A stretch of DNA of 64,000 bases from Candidatus Entotheonellaceae bacterium (lineage in GTDB: Bacteria; Tectomicrobia; Entotheonellia; Entotheonellales; Entotheonellaceae), in the NCBI GenBank assembly GCA_965238075.1, contig OZ250173.1, forward strand, positions 384,001 to 448,000. The letters are read 5' to 3'. The notes under the pieces are model-generated. The model saw only the letters and a list, made by a program, of their open reading frames with translations. It ran no database searches and was not told the DNA's origin. This document shows positions 27,501-36,277 of the stretch, piece after piece. The stretch's first letter is position 1. Each line of letters starts with the position of its first letter. The translations under genes were made by a program, and so were the position numbers.

Positions 27501-28003
27501 AGTTGATTGAGCGCTTCACGTTCCCGCGCCAAAGCGGCGGCAAGCATCTCTGCCTGGCCGACTTCGTGCGGCCCGTCGAGTCGGGCGACATGGATTCGGT
27601 CGCTTTCTTCGTCGTCACCTGCGGACTGGGCGTGCGCGACCTTGCAACCATGTACAAAGACGCCGGCGCCTACATGCGTTCCCACGCCATCCAGGCCATC
27701 GCCATTGAGCTGGCGGAGGCCTTCGCCGAAAAGCTACATCAGGATCTGAGAGCTTGGTGGGACTTCCCCGACCCGCCGGAAATGACCATGCGCGACCGCT
27801 TCCGGGCGGCGTATCGTGGCCTGCGGGTGTCGTTCGGCTACCCCGCCTGCCCGGACCTGGAGGATCAGGACAAGCTGTTTCGGCTGCTGCGCCCGGAGGC
27901 CATCGACGTGCAGTTGACCGACGGTTTCATGATGGACCCCGAGGCGTCGGTGTCGGCACTCGTGCTGCATCACCCGGAGGCGGAGTATTTTCGGGCCGAA
28001 TAA
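24551..28003 (+). CDS. metH: Cobalamin-dependent methionine synthase
   Basis: LDGAMGT, GLNCATG, PNAGLP, GGCCGT, GERTN, ATVKGDVHDIGKNLV, GLSGLL, SFGYPACPDL. Confidence 0.98.
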   Translation: MNIQELLQERVLVLDGAMGTFLQAKPLTATDFGGPDYEGCYEHLNLTRPDVLRDIHGAYLHAGADIICTNTFGGTRIVLSEYNLQHQVHAINAAAARLAREAVAAHNTSDKPRFAAGSLGPQTKTITVTGGVTFDEVIDAFREQTLGLLEGGIDLLLIETAQDTLNLKATVLGARRAMQEAGRQVPFMISATIEPMGTMLGGQNVEALYTSIAHYKPLAIGLNCATGPEFMTDHLRSLADLSSVPVSCHPNAGLPDEEGHYHETPTSLATQLERFIDNGWVHVAGGCCGTTPQHIEVLADMAQSKRPQPPAGRGRTVVAVSGLDYLPLEADNRPVIVGERTNVIGSKRFRDLIGASEFERAADIGRAQIKGGAQVVDICLANPDRDEYADMQHFLKFVAGKMRVPLMIDSTEAPVIELALKHSPGKAIVNSINLEDGEERFAAIVPLLRTYGAAVVVGCIDEDPVQGMGVSRERKLAIAQRAYDLLTGEYGLLPRDIIFDPLVFPVGTGDENYIGSAAETIAGVHAIKERFPLCSTILGISNVSFGLPNAGREVLNAVFLYHCTRAGLDYAIVNSERLERYASISEAERRLAEDLLFWRGDDPIGAFSGFYRGKKPGARKPTVTLPLEQRLPSYVVEGSKDGLVADLEQALQQHAAMEIINGPLMDGMTEVGRLFNNNELIIAEVLLSAEVMKAAVSYLEPYMEKGESSLKGKIILATVKGDVHDIGKNLVDIVLSNNGFEVINLGIKVLPQQLIEAYRAEQPDTIGLSGLLVKSAQQMMLTAQDLREAGVKAPILVGGAALSNRFTALKIAPAYDGAPVLYAKDAMQGLDLANQLSKDSQREDLVARVQAEQQALRLRASDAEPQRAPVAAIRAQRSAVRTDVPLPGVPTFERLVFRGLSLDHLWPYLNPQMLYGKHMGLHGNVQKRFAQGDPKAIAMKERIDAVFQEVVGAQLVSAHAVCRYFPAQAEGDSVLIYDPDNPAKLIERFTFPRQSGGKHLCLADFVRPVESGDMDSVAFFVVTCGLGVRDLATMYKDAGAYMRSHAIQAIAIELAEAFAEKLHQDLRAWWDFPDPPEMTMRDRFRAAYRGLRVSFGYPACPDLEDQDKLFRLLRPEAIDVQLTDGFMMDPEASVSALVLHHPEAEYFRAE

Positions 28004-28032
28004 CGCCAAACCCGTGATTGGGGGACCGAAAC

Positions 28033-28215
28033 ATGAAGATGCTCGCCTTTTTCCTCGTGCTCTATCTCTCGCATCGCTTCATGTTGTCCCTATCGCCGGC
28101 GTACAAGGCCCGGATGCAGCGCTTCGACCGCAAAATTACCTGGCTCAACATCATGCTGGTGACATACTTGGCTATCAGCTTCCTCGTGAAGGTGGTGCGC
28201 CATTTTGTGTTCTGA
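28033..28215 (+). CDS. Small two-helix membrane protein
   Basis: MKMLAFFLVLYL...WLNIMLVTYLAISFLVKVV; GGGGGA RBS; fills the gap between metH and the ferredoxin. Confidence 0.55.
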   Translation: MKMLAFFLVLYLSHRFMLSLSPAYKARMQRFDRKITWLNIMLVTYLAISFLVKVVRHFVF

Positions 28216-28230
28216 CGAGGGGATTTTGGA

Positions 28231-28584
28231 ATGTCGCATCCACAGTCCGCCACGACCGTTCGTTTGGCCAGCGTGAACGAGGTGCCGGAAGGCGCCGGGC
28301 GGGAGTTCAGGGTCGGCAAGCGCTTCATCGCCGTGTTCCGGTACGGCGGCGAATTCTTCGCCTTGGAAGACGTGTGCCCGCATGCCGGAGCGCCGCTGAG
28401 CGAGGGGCCCGTGCAAAACGGCACCATTATGTGCATGTGGCATGCTTGGCGTTTCAACCTGCGCGACGGCGTTTGCGTCAACATCCCCAAGGCGCCGCCG
28501 GTGCCTACCTATCCGCTCACCGTGCAGGGTGACGATCTGTTCGTGACCCTGCCGGGTGACACCAAGGAAGCCCCCACCTTATGA
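28231..28584 (+). CDS. Rieske [2Fe-2S] ferredoxin (NirD/BphF-like)
   Basis: CPHAGAPL...CMWHAW. Confidence 0.9.
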   Translation: MSHPQSATTVRLASVNEVPEGAGREFRVGKRFIAVFRYGGEFFALEDVCPHAGAPLSEGPVQNGTIMCMWHAWRFNLRDGVCVNIPKAPPVPTYPLTVQGDDLFVTLPGDTKEAPTL

Positions 28585-29114
28585 TCGCCAAGGCGCCGTC
28601 AGATCGAATCCTTGGGTACCTCGGAGCCGTTTGGGGCCTCGCGGGCATCGCTTTTTTGCTGGGCTATTCCGTATGGCGGCTGGCCGGGGTCGCCGCTGAC
28701 GCCTGGTCTTACGACCTTCACGTCCATCATTGGCTGGTCCTGGCAGTGCACGTCGCCTTCATGGCCTGGTCCGAGGGCTACCGCGGCTTTCAGCAGAATT
28801 TCTCGCCGCGTATCGTGGCGCGCGCCAGGTACCTGATTGCGCATCCGCGCCCGGCGCACGTGCTGCTGGCGCCGCTGTTCTGCATGGGTTACTTCCACTC
28901 CACAAAACGGCGCATGATATCCGTGTATGCGCTGACGGTGTTCATCATTCTGCTCATCATTGCGGTGCGGTGGCTCGCGCAACCGTGGCGGGGGATCGTC
29001 GATGCCGGGGTGGTCATCGGGCTGCTGTGGGGCCTCATTTCGATGGGCGCATTCACGCTGCGGGCGCTGACCGCGGATGACTATCCGTACGCTCCCGAAG
29101 TGCCCGAAGGCTAG
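28581..29114 (+). CDS. Hypothetical integral membrane protein
   Basis: 4-5 hydrophobic helices; ATGA overlap with the ferredoxin; SEGYRGFQ..FSPR motif. Confidence 0.75.
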   Translation: MIAKAPSDRILGYLGAVWGLAGIAFLLGYSVWRLAGVAADAWSYDLHVHHWLVLAVHVAFMAWSEGYRGFQQNFSPRIVARARYLIAHPRPAHVLLAPLFCMGYFHSTKRRMISVYALTVFIILLIIAVRWLAQPWRGIVDAGVVIGLLWGLISMGAFTLRALTADDYPYAPEVPEG

Positions 29115-29151
29115 ACACCGCAAGCCAACCCTGTCTTATCTGGAGATGACT

Positions 29152-30744
29152 ATGTCCTGGGTCAAGACGGTACCGTGTTCCGAGCTGCAACGTCGTCCGG
29201 TCGCGTTTCAACATCCGCCGAAGCAGGTGGCCTTGTTCAGCGTCGCCGGGTCGGTTTACGCCGTGGACAACCGCTGCCCGCACGAGGGCTATCCCTTGGT
29301 CGAGGGCCACGTTGACGACGCCTGCACCCTCACCTGCAACTGGCACAACTGGAAGTTCCGCCTTAGCGATGGCCGCTGCATCCTCGGCGGCGACCATGTG
29401 CGGTCCTACGAGACGCGCGTTGAGGACGGCTACGTATGGCTCAACCTGGCCGACCCGCCTCCCGAGGTCGTGCAATCGGAGATTCTGGACAGCCTGCACG
29501 AGGCTTTCCGGAAGCAGGAATACGACCGCATCTGCCGGGAATTAAGCCGCCTGCACTTTCACGGCCTTGAGCCGCTGGTGGCGGTGCGCCAAGCGGTCGC
29601 GTGGTCGCACGACCGCTTGGAGTTCGGCTTTGTGCACGCCTATGCCGCCGCCGCCGATTGGCTGACCCTGGCACGGCAGTTCGCCGGAGAATGGGAACCG
29701 CAACTCATCTGCCTGGCGGAATCCATCGACCACATGGCACATACGGCCCTGCGGCACCCCGTCTACTCTTTTGACGACGCCCGGGAGCCGTTTACGACTC
29801 AGGGCTTCGCCGACGCGGTCGAGGCGGAAAATCCGCAGGCCGCCGAGGGGATGGTTCTGCAAGGCCTGGCCAACGGCCTGCACTGGCACGATATGCACGA
29901 GGCACTGGCCACCACCGCGCTGGCCCACTACAACGATTTCGGCCACTCGCTGATCTACGTCTACAAGGCATCCCAACTGATCGGGCACCTGGGCGTGGAG
30001 GTCGAACCCTTTCTGCTGCCCACCCTGGCGCGACATCTGTGCTACACCACACGGGAGGATCTGCTGCCCGATTTCCGGGACTACGCCGGTGCCCTGGCTG
30101 CCTTGCAATCCGGCGCCTGGGGGACATCCAAGGCTTGTGAGCCCCTGCCCTACCCAGCGACGACCAAACAAGCGCTGGCATGGGTGGTGCGAAACGCCGT
30201 CTCGCACACCCCGGAGGCGCTCTACCAGGCGCTCCTGGAGGTCCTGGCCCGTAACTTCCTCTGCTACGACGCCACCTACGATACGCAGTACCATCGGCCC
30301 GTGAGCGACAACGTCAGCTGGCTGAGCTTCACGCACGGCATCACCTTTGCCAACGCCGTGCGGGCGCAGTGCGCCGCCGTGCCGTCGCTGTGGGCACCCG
30401 GCCTGCTGCAGATGGCCTGCTTCGTAGGGCGCAACCGCCGCTATGTGGACCTGGAACTCGCACAAACGGAAGGGGAATGGGCCGTCGCGGATCCCGGCGG
30501 CTTCTTTGGAGAGGTTACTGAGTTGCTGCTGGACCACGGCCTGCGGGAGCCCATTTACGCCGCCCACGTCGTCAAGACGGCACGGGCCGTGCGAGAGGAA
30601 CTACCCGACGCCTCTGAGACGTGCCATTTCTACCTGCTTGCCAGCCTGAATCGCTTCCTCCACTCACCCATCAAGCAGAAGCACGCCCGCCGCCTTGCTC
30701 GCCAAGCCGTAGCACTGGTCGGGCGAGACTTTCAAGCACCGTAG
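29152..30744 (+). CDS. Rieske [2Fe-2S] domain fused to a large His-containing helical domain
   Basis: N-terminal CPHEGYPL...CNWHNW, then about 430 aa of helical sequence; start ATG 29152 (or 29146) after GGAG. Confidence 0.85.
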   Translation: MSWVKTVPCSELQRRPVAFQHPPKQVALFSVAGSVYAVDNRCPHEGYPLVEGHVDDACTLTCNWHNWKFRLSDGRCILGGDHVRSYETRVEDGYVWLNLADPPPEVVQSEILDSLHEAFRKQEYDRICRELSRLHFHGLEPLVAVRQAVAWSHDRLEFGFVHAYAAAADWLTLARQFAGEWEPQLICLAESIDHMAHTALRHPVYSFDDAREPFTTQGFADAVEAENPQAAEGMVLQGLANGLHWHDMHEALATTALAHYNDFGHSLIYVYKASQLIGHLGVEVEPFLLPTLARHLCYTTREDLLPDFRDYAGALAALQSGAWGTSKACEPLPYPATTKQALAWVVRNAVSHTPEALYQALLEVLARNFLCYDATYDTQYHRPVSDNVSWLSFTHGITFANAVRAQCAAVPSLWAPGLLQMACFVGRNRRYVDLELAQTEGEWAVADPGGFFGEVTELLLDHGLREPIYAAHVVKTARAVREELPDASETCHFYLLASLNRFLHSPIKQKHARRLARQAVALVGRDFQAP

Positions 30745-30945
30745 AACACGGTATGACAGCCGGTCACCGACGAAATTTCCACTGCCACGCAATATTGTTA
30801 TTTATCCACCTACATTGTTGGGTGTACACTAGCCTGCATTCCGCCTGAGCGTTTATTCGCAGCATGTGCGCCGGCAAGCTCCCAAGCGCCCTTGTCGTGC
30901 GCTCCGCACCGGCACATGCGTCAACCTCACGAGAGGACGCAGTCG

Positions 30946-31215
30946 ATGGAAATTTTCGTCAGTAACATCCCGTTTACTACCACCGAGGACGACATCCGGC
31001 AACTTTTCGACGAATTTGGCACCGTGGAACGGGTCAGCGTCATTACAGATCGGGAAACCGGTCGCTCACGCGGCTTTGGCTTTGTGGGCATGCCGAACGA
31101 CGACGAGGCACGGGCCGCCATCGAGGCCCTGAATGGCATCGAGATCCAGGGCCGCACGTTGACCATCAACGAAGCTCGCCCGCGCGAACCGCGCTCGAAC
31201 CGCCGCGATTGGTAA
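30946..31215 (+). CDS. RRM (RNP) RNA-binding protein
   Basis: IFVSNIP (RNP2) and RSRGFGFV (RNP1); INEARPRE; GAGAGGA RBS. Confidence 0.95.
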   Translation: MEIFVSNIPFTTTEDDIRQLFDEFGTVERVSVITDRETGRSRGFGFVGMPNDDEARAAIEALNGIEIQGRTLTINEARPREPRSNRRDW

Positions 31216-31263
31216 ACCGAACCGCGCACCCTACAACCTTCCTGAAGCAAGGTAGCATGACGA

Positions 31264-31950
31264 ATGCACGAGGACCCTTCTATCGTGATTTGGCCAAACT
31301 ACCAGGAATTCCGACGCTGGCTGGAAACGGAAGTTCACGGCCTCAGCGACGCTCAACTCAACTTCGACTCTCAAGACCCGGGGCGCGAATGGATGTGGTG
31401 GTCCATTCGCCGCCAGGTCAGCCACATCGCCTGGGTCTTCCTGGCGGTCATGCGACGCCGTTGCCACACCTTCCTGTGGCCCGACGGCAACATCCCAACG
31501 CCAATCCGCTGGGAGGACCACCATCTCGCCAACATGAAGTCCGATCGCCGCCTCGATGAAGAACAGCACTGGGAAATCGGGGATCTGCTGGACAAAGTGA
31601 GGATTGGTGTCGGCTGGGCCACGCAGGTCGTCAGCACGGTGCCGGTCGAAACCCTGCGCGCCACGCAGTCCGTGCACCGGGCCACGGCGTTCTGGAAGCA
31701 TGTCATCCAGGTGCTGCCGCGCGGCGCCAAGGTCGAGCCGGGTGACCCCGACCGCATTCGCTACACCTTGGAAGCCTCGCTGTGGATGTTGTACTGGGAG
31801 GTATTGACGCACCTGTTCACGATTCAGCGCCTCAAGCACGCTCAGGGCTTGGCGACTCGGGTGACCATTCCGCGGGTGGGTTATCTGACCTTGCAGGAAT
31901 ACACGGGGGAAACGGAGGAAGCCGCGCCGGGTTTCGTACCCCTCACCTGA
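31264..31950 (+). CDS. DinB-superfamily protein
   Basis: GLSDAQL.F...WSIRRQVSH, WEVLTHL..IQRLK pattern. Confidence 0.7.
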   Translation: MHEDPSIVIWPNYQEFRRWLETEVHGLSDAQLNFDSQDPGREWMWWSIRRQVSHIAWVFLAVMRRRCHTFLWPDGNIPTPIRWEDHHLANMKSDRRLDEEQHWEIGDLLDKVRIGVGWATQVVSTVPVETLRATQSVHRATAFWKHVIQVLPRGAKVEPGDPDRIRYTLEASLWMLYWEVLTHLFTIQRLKHAQGLATRVTIPRVGYLTLQEYTGETEEAAPGFVPLT

Positions 31951-32789
31951 TTTTCTGCTCCGCCGCCGCTGCCGTTCCAAGCGGTTTCATTTATCCCGGA
32001 CAATAACCGGATGCTATACAACCGCGCGCTGGAACGGCTCTTCGTGTGGCGCGACTGCGCCTCAAAACTAAGCCCGACAATGGTTGGCGCTTGGTGGTGC
32101 TTACGCCAATAGTCGGGAAACTGCTCTCGGAAGCAATCCAACAGATTAACCCGATCGGTGAACACGCCGCCCTCGCCGCCGCTGCGCAGCGCGATGTATT
32201 TCACGTGTGGGTATACGCACATGATCCGGACGTCCACCGGGCCCTCTCGCGGCGGGATGCAGGTGTAAGTATCGCCGACGGTCTCCGTCTCGCCCCAGAA
32301 GAAAGCCAGCATACGCGGCAGATCGGGACGGCCGGTGGTGGGCAACTTGTCCCCGAAAAGAACCTGAACGACGATGGCACGGTCGTTGAGCTTATATAGG
32401 TCCATGGCGGCGGCGCTGGGAAACGCCTCAATGCCCCAGACCAATTCCAACACGGGGAATTCCTGCGGGTCCAGATTGACTTCACTGCCCCAAATGAAGA
32501 ACGACTCGTCAGTCGCGACGCGCAGGAACCGATTCTGAGGCGGCCCCGCAAAGTCCAGGGGTTTGCCTTTTCCGATCAACACAACCGGCCACACCTGCTC
32601 CCAGCCGTTTTTTCGCAGCCATCTATTCGCCGAAACGGTCGGCGCCTCCGTCCCGTTGGAGGCGCGGACATCTGCCTCTGGCATATCGGAAAAGCGCACG
32701 GTATATGCCTTCGGGGCTGTCCACGCCACGGTGCTCACCAAATAGAGGACGCTCAGCACCAACATCGCTCGCTGCCAGATTCCTCGCAC
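31881..32789 (-). CDS. Exported protein, DUF3047-like
   Basis: Signal peptide from GTG 32789; P.L...W.I..FP, DRA..V.V.FG, ALRSG pattern. 3' end overlaps the convergent DinB gene by 70 bp. Confidence 0.6.
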   Translation of the reverse strand: MRGIWQRAMLVLSVLYLVSTVAWTAPKAYTVRFSDMPEADVRASNGTEAPTVSANRWLRKNGWEQVWPVVLIGKGKPLDFAGPPQNRFLRVATDESFFIWGSEVNLDPQEFPVLELVWGIEAFPSAAAMDLYKLNDRAIVVQVLFGDKLPTTGRPDLPRMLAFFWGETETVGDTYTCIPPREGPVDVRIMCVYPHVKYIALRSGGEGGVFTDRVNLLDCFREQFPDYWRKHHQAPTIVGLSFEAQSRHTKSRSSARLYSIRLLSGINETAWNGSGGGAENQVRGTKPGAASSVSPVYSCKVR

Positions 32790-32811
32790 GCCAAGCTTCC
32801 TCGTAAGGGGG

Positions 32812-34236
32812 TTACGCCTCAGCTTTTTGCCGCAACGCCGTGAGAAACCGCTCATGGATGTTATCAAAACCACCGTTGGACATGACGACCACCAAGTCCC
32901 CATCCTGTGCCTCGCCCGACACCTGCGCAATGATGGCCGCGGTGTCCGGATGGAACCACGCCGCCACCCCGCGCGCCCTCAACGCCTCTATCAACTGCTG
33001 TTCCGACAGCCGCTGGTCGGCCGCAAGCTCCTCTTTGCGGAACACCTCGGCGATGATCACGCAGTCAGCGCGGCTCAGCGCATCGACGTAAGCCTCCTGA
33101 AACACCTTGCGTCGAGTCGTCGCGGTGCGCGGCTCGAAAACGGCCCACACACGGGCCCCGGGGTACGCCTGCCGCAGACCCTCCAGGGTCACGCCGACGG
33201 CCGTCGGGTGATGCGCGAAATCGTCGATAACCGTAACGCCGCCGACCTCGCCGCGCACCTCACACCGCCGCTTGAGGCTGGCAAAGCTCGCCAGCCCCGA
33301 GGCAATGTGTTCTTTCGGGACCCCTAGCCGGTGCGCGACGGCAATCGCCGCCAGGGCGTTACACACGTTGTGGCGGCCGAACAGCGTCGTCACGAAACGC
33401 CCGAACCCTTTGCCGCCGTGGAGAACCTCCATCACCGTGCCGCCCTCCCCGGCGCCCCACTCAGCCGCCTGCCAGTCGGCGCCCGCTTGCAGACCGTACG
33501 TCTGCACGCTGCCCGCAATCGCCTCCTCGGCGCATAAGGAGCGCACGCCGGGGTCGTCGGCGCACGCAATCAGGCAGCCCTCAGCGGGCAACAGACGTAC
33601 GAACCGCGCGAAAGCCGACCGCACGTGCGCCAAGTCCCGGTAGATGTCGGCGTGGTCGAACTCCAAGGCCGTCAATACCGCCGTGCGCGGACGGTAATGC
33701 AGGAACTTGGGGCCCTTGTCGAAATAGGCGCTGTCGTATTCGTCGCCTTCCACGACGACGTGCTCCCCTCCTCCCAGGCGAATGGGGGTGGGAAAATTGC
33801 GCATCACGGCACCGACGAAAAAGCCGGGTTCGCAGCCGGCATGATCCAGCAGCCAGGCGATCAATGCCGTCGTGGTGCTCTTGCCGTGCGTGCCAGCGAC
33901 CACCACGGCATGCCGCTCGCCGATGAGAAAATGGGCCAACGCTTGCGGAAACGACATCACGGGAACGCCGGCCTTTGCCGCCGCTTCGGCCTCGGGATTA
34001 CCCCGCGACACGGCGTTACCCACGACAACCAGATCGGGGTGCGGTTGCAGGTGGGCGGCCTTGAATCCCTCGTACAACGGGATACCCCAGTCGTGCAGCT
34101 GCGTGGACATCGGCGGGTAGATGTGCTGATCGGAACCAGTGACCCGGTGACCGAGGCTCTTCAGGAGAACGGCTAGGCTACCCATGCCCGTGCCGCAGAT
34201 GGCGATAAGGTGGATGTGCTGCGGGCGTAGAGTCAC
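32812..34236 (-). CDS. mpl: Murein peptide ligase (UDP-MurNAc:L-Ala-gamma-D-Glu-mDAP ligase)
   Basis: IAICGTGMGSLA, YPPMSTQL, GTHGKSTT, EGDEYDSAYFDK, DDFAHHPTA, MSNGGF. Confidence 0.95.
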   Translation of the reverse strand: MTLRPQHIHLIAICGTGMGSLAVLLKSLGHRVTGSDQHIYPPMSTQLHDWGIPLYEGFKAAHLQPHPDLVVVGNAVSRGNPEAEAAAKAGVPVMSFPQALAHFLIGERHAVVVAGTHGKSTTTALIAWLLDHAGCEPGFFVGAVMRNFPTPIRLGGGEHVVVEGDEYDSAYFDKGPKFLHYRPRTAVLTALEFDHADIYRDLAHVRSAFARFVRLLPAEGCLIACADDPGVRSLCAEEAIAGSVQTYGLQAGADWQAAEWGAGEGGTVMEVLHGGKGFGRFVTTLFGRHNVCNALAAIAVAHRLGVPKEHIASGLASFASLKRRCEVRGEVGGVTVIDDFAHHPTAVGVTLEGLRQAYPGARVWAVFEPRTATTRRKVFQEAYVDALSRADCVIIAEVFRKEELAADQRLSEQQLIEALRARGVAAWFHPDTAAIIAQVSGEAQDGDLVVVMSNGGFDNIHERFLTALRQKAEA

Positions 34237-35327
34237 GCGGCGGCAACTCCCAAGGCGTGCATGGCGAGGTCGTGCACCCGCGGGCGCAGCCGGGCGATAC
34301 TGTCGGCCCGACGCGATGGATGCACACGATTGGTGCAGAGAACGACGCTGACCTGCCGCTCAAGGTCGATCCAAAGGCTACACCCCGTGAACCCCAAATG
34401 TCCAACGGCATTGGCGCTGAAAAACGATCCGGCGCTGGATCGTCCGGGCGTCGGCGTGTCCCATCCCAGCGCCCGCGTGGTGCCCGGCGGAGCGGCCTGC
34501 CGCTGCCAACTCTGACGCAGCAGCGCGGCCGGCAGCCAGTCGCGCCGGCCGGCCGCGGCCTCCAGCATGGCGTGGGCAAATTCCCACACCCCGGCGGCGG
34601 TGGCGAACAGGCCGGCGTGCGCGGCAACACCGCCCATGGCCCAGGCATTGGCGTCGTGCACCTCACCCGACAACACCCGCCCGCGCCAGTCACAACGCTC
34701 CGTTGCAGCGAAATCCGACGGATCACCGCCGGCCTCCGCTGTGTCCAGGGGTCGGTACGTAACCCGGTTCAGACCTAAAGTCCGGGCCACCCGTTGCTCG
34801 AACAGGACGTCGAGCGGCTGCTCATAGCGCGTTTCCAGAATATCGCCGAGCACGATGAACCCCAAATCGCTGTAGACCGATGCCTGCCCCGGTCGGTAGA
34901 CCAGCGGTTCCTGCAATATCAACGCCGCCGCCCGGCGCCGACGCTCCCGCCCCGTGCCGTCAGCTCCTAACCTGGCATACAGGCGCGACCAGTCGGCAAA
35001 CCCGCCGCTGTGCGAAAGTAGTTGCCGCACGGTAACCGCGCCCGCATCGCCCGGCGCGGCGGGGTAGAAACGCCGCAGCGGATCGTCCAACTTCAGGACG
35101 CCGTCCCGATGCGCCCCCAGCACCAGTGGCGTGGTGGCCATCACCTTGGTCAGCGAGGCAAGATCGAACAGCGTTTCGCGCCGCATGGTACGCCGCTCCG
35201 GCACCCACGCCGCGGCGCCATACGCCTCGTGCCACACCACCTCGCCCCGATGCGCCACGCAGACAACGGCTCCGGGCACGTCGCCGCAGGCCACGGACTG
35301 CCGGAGGTAGGAATCAAGTTGCTGCAT
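34233..35327 (-). CDS. Beta-lactamase-like serine hydrolase (AmiE/AmpC family)
   Basis: FDLASLTK (SxxK), LLSHSGG, YSDLGF, GEVHD.NA, HAGLF, GHLGFTG. Confidence 0.9.
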   Translation of the reverse strand: MQQLDSYLRQSVACGDVPGAVVCVAHRGEVVWHEAYGAAAWVPERRTMRRETLFDLASLTKVMATTPLVLGAHRDGVLKLDDPLRRFYPAAPGDAGAVTVRQLLSHSGGFADWSRLYARLGADGTGRERRRRAAALILQEPLVYRPGQASVYSDLGFIVLGDILETRYEQPLDVLFEQRVARTLGLNRVTYRPLDTAEAGGDPSDFAATERCDWRGRVLSGEVHDANAWAMGGVAAHAGLFATAAGVWEFAHAMLEAAAGRRDWLPAALLRQSWQRQAAPPGTTRALGWDTPTPGRSSAGSFFSANAVGHLGFTGCSLWIDLERQVSVVLCTNRVHPSRRADSIARLRPRVHDLAMHALGVAAA

Positions 35328-35329
35328 GT

Positions 35330-36268
35330 TCAACAATCCCGCATTGTTACCGGCGATTCGCACAGCACCAGCCGCCCGCCGCGAATCGCCGCCCCGACGC
35401 CGAACGGCAAGGTCAGCGGCTGGGAGCAGTGGCCCGATGGAAAGCCATACAGAATCGGGATGTCCAGATCGCCCAGCACGTCGACGATGACGTCCTTGGC
35501 GTCGTAGGGCAGATGAGCGTCGGCCTCAACCCGTTCGATGCGCCCAAACACGAGACCGCGAACGCCCCGCAACAGGCCGGACAGTTTCAGCGTCGTCAGC
35601 AAACGGTCAATGGCGTATAGGCGCTCGCCCTTATCCTCCAGGAACAAAATAGCGTCCCGCGTGCATGGCTGGAACGGCGTGCCGATGGCGCAGGCGAACA
35701 CCGACAGACAACCGCCCCGCAAGCGCCCCTCGGCGTCGCCCGCGCGCAGCACCGCAAGGCCGTCCTGACAGGCATCCGGCGGTTGCATGGCCTCCATGTC
35801 CCCCGTCAGCACGCCCATCAATTGCCGCCGCGCTGCGATGCCCAGATCGCGGCGCAGATCGCCGCACACCACAGGGCCGTGCAGGGTTGCAAGTCCGCAG
35901 CGGGCATCGAGGTAGCACAGCAGGCTGGTGAGGTCACTGTAGCCCATGAATAGCTTGGGATTGGTGCGGATGGTGTTAGCGTCCAGGAGAGGCAGCAGCC
36001 GTTGCGAGCCGTAACCGCCGCGGCAACAGAAGATGGCCTTGATGCCCGGGTCGGCGAACAGGGTCTGCAACTCTGCGGCGCGCTCCGCGTCGTGCCCGGC
36101 GAGGTAGCGGTAGCGCTCGAACACGCGCGGCTCGTAGCGCACCCGGAAGCCCATGTCGTGCAGCACCTCGATGCCCTCGTGCAGCGCCTCCTCCCGAAAC
36201 GGGCTGGCTGGCGCCGCCAGGCCGATGCAGTCGCCTTCCCGCAGGGCGGCAGGCCGTACAACGGGCAT
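35330..36268 (-). CDS. ldcA: LD-carboxypeptidase (peptidase S66); start ATG 36268 or 36277
   Basis: RGGYGS, GYSDLT, LFLED, SGH catalytic motifs. Confidence 0.92.
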   Translation of the reverse strand: MPVVRPAALREGDCIGLAAPASPFREEALHEGIEVLHDMGFRVRYEPRVFERYRYLAGHDAERAAELQTLFADPGIKAIFCCRGGYGSQRLLPLLDANTIRTNPKLFMGYSDLTSLLCYLDARCGLATLHGPVVCGDLRRDLGIAARRQLMGVLTGDMEAMQPPDACQDGLAVLRAGDAEGRLRGGCLSVFACAIGTPFQPCTRDAILFLEDKGERLYAIDRLLTTLKLSGLLRGVRGLVFGRIERVEADAHLPYDAKDVIVDVLGDLDIPILYGFPSGHCSQPLTLPFGVGAAIRGGRLVLCESPVTMRDC

Positions 36269-36277
36269 GGCCCCCAT

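Noticed and set aside
30802-30810. TTATCCACC as a DnaA box or origin
   Set aside because: Single imperfect copy with no cluster or origin-associated genes.
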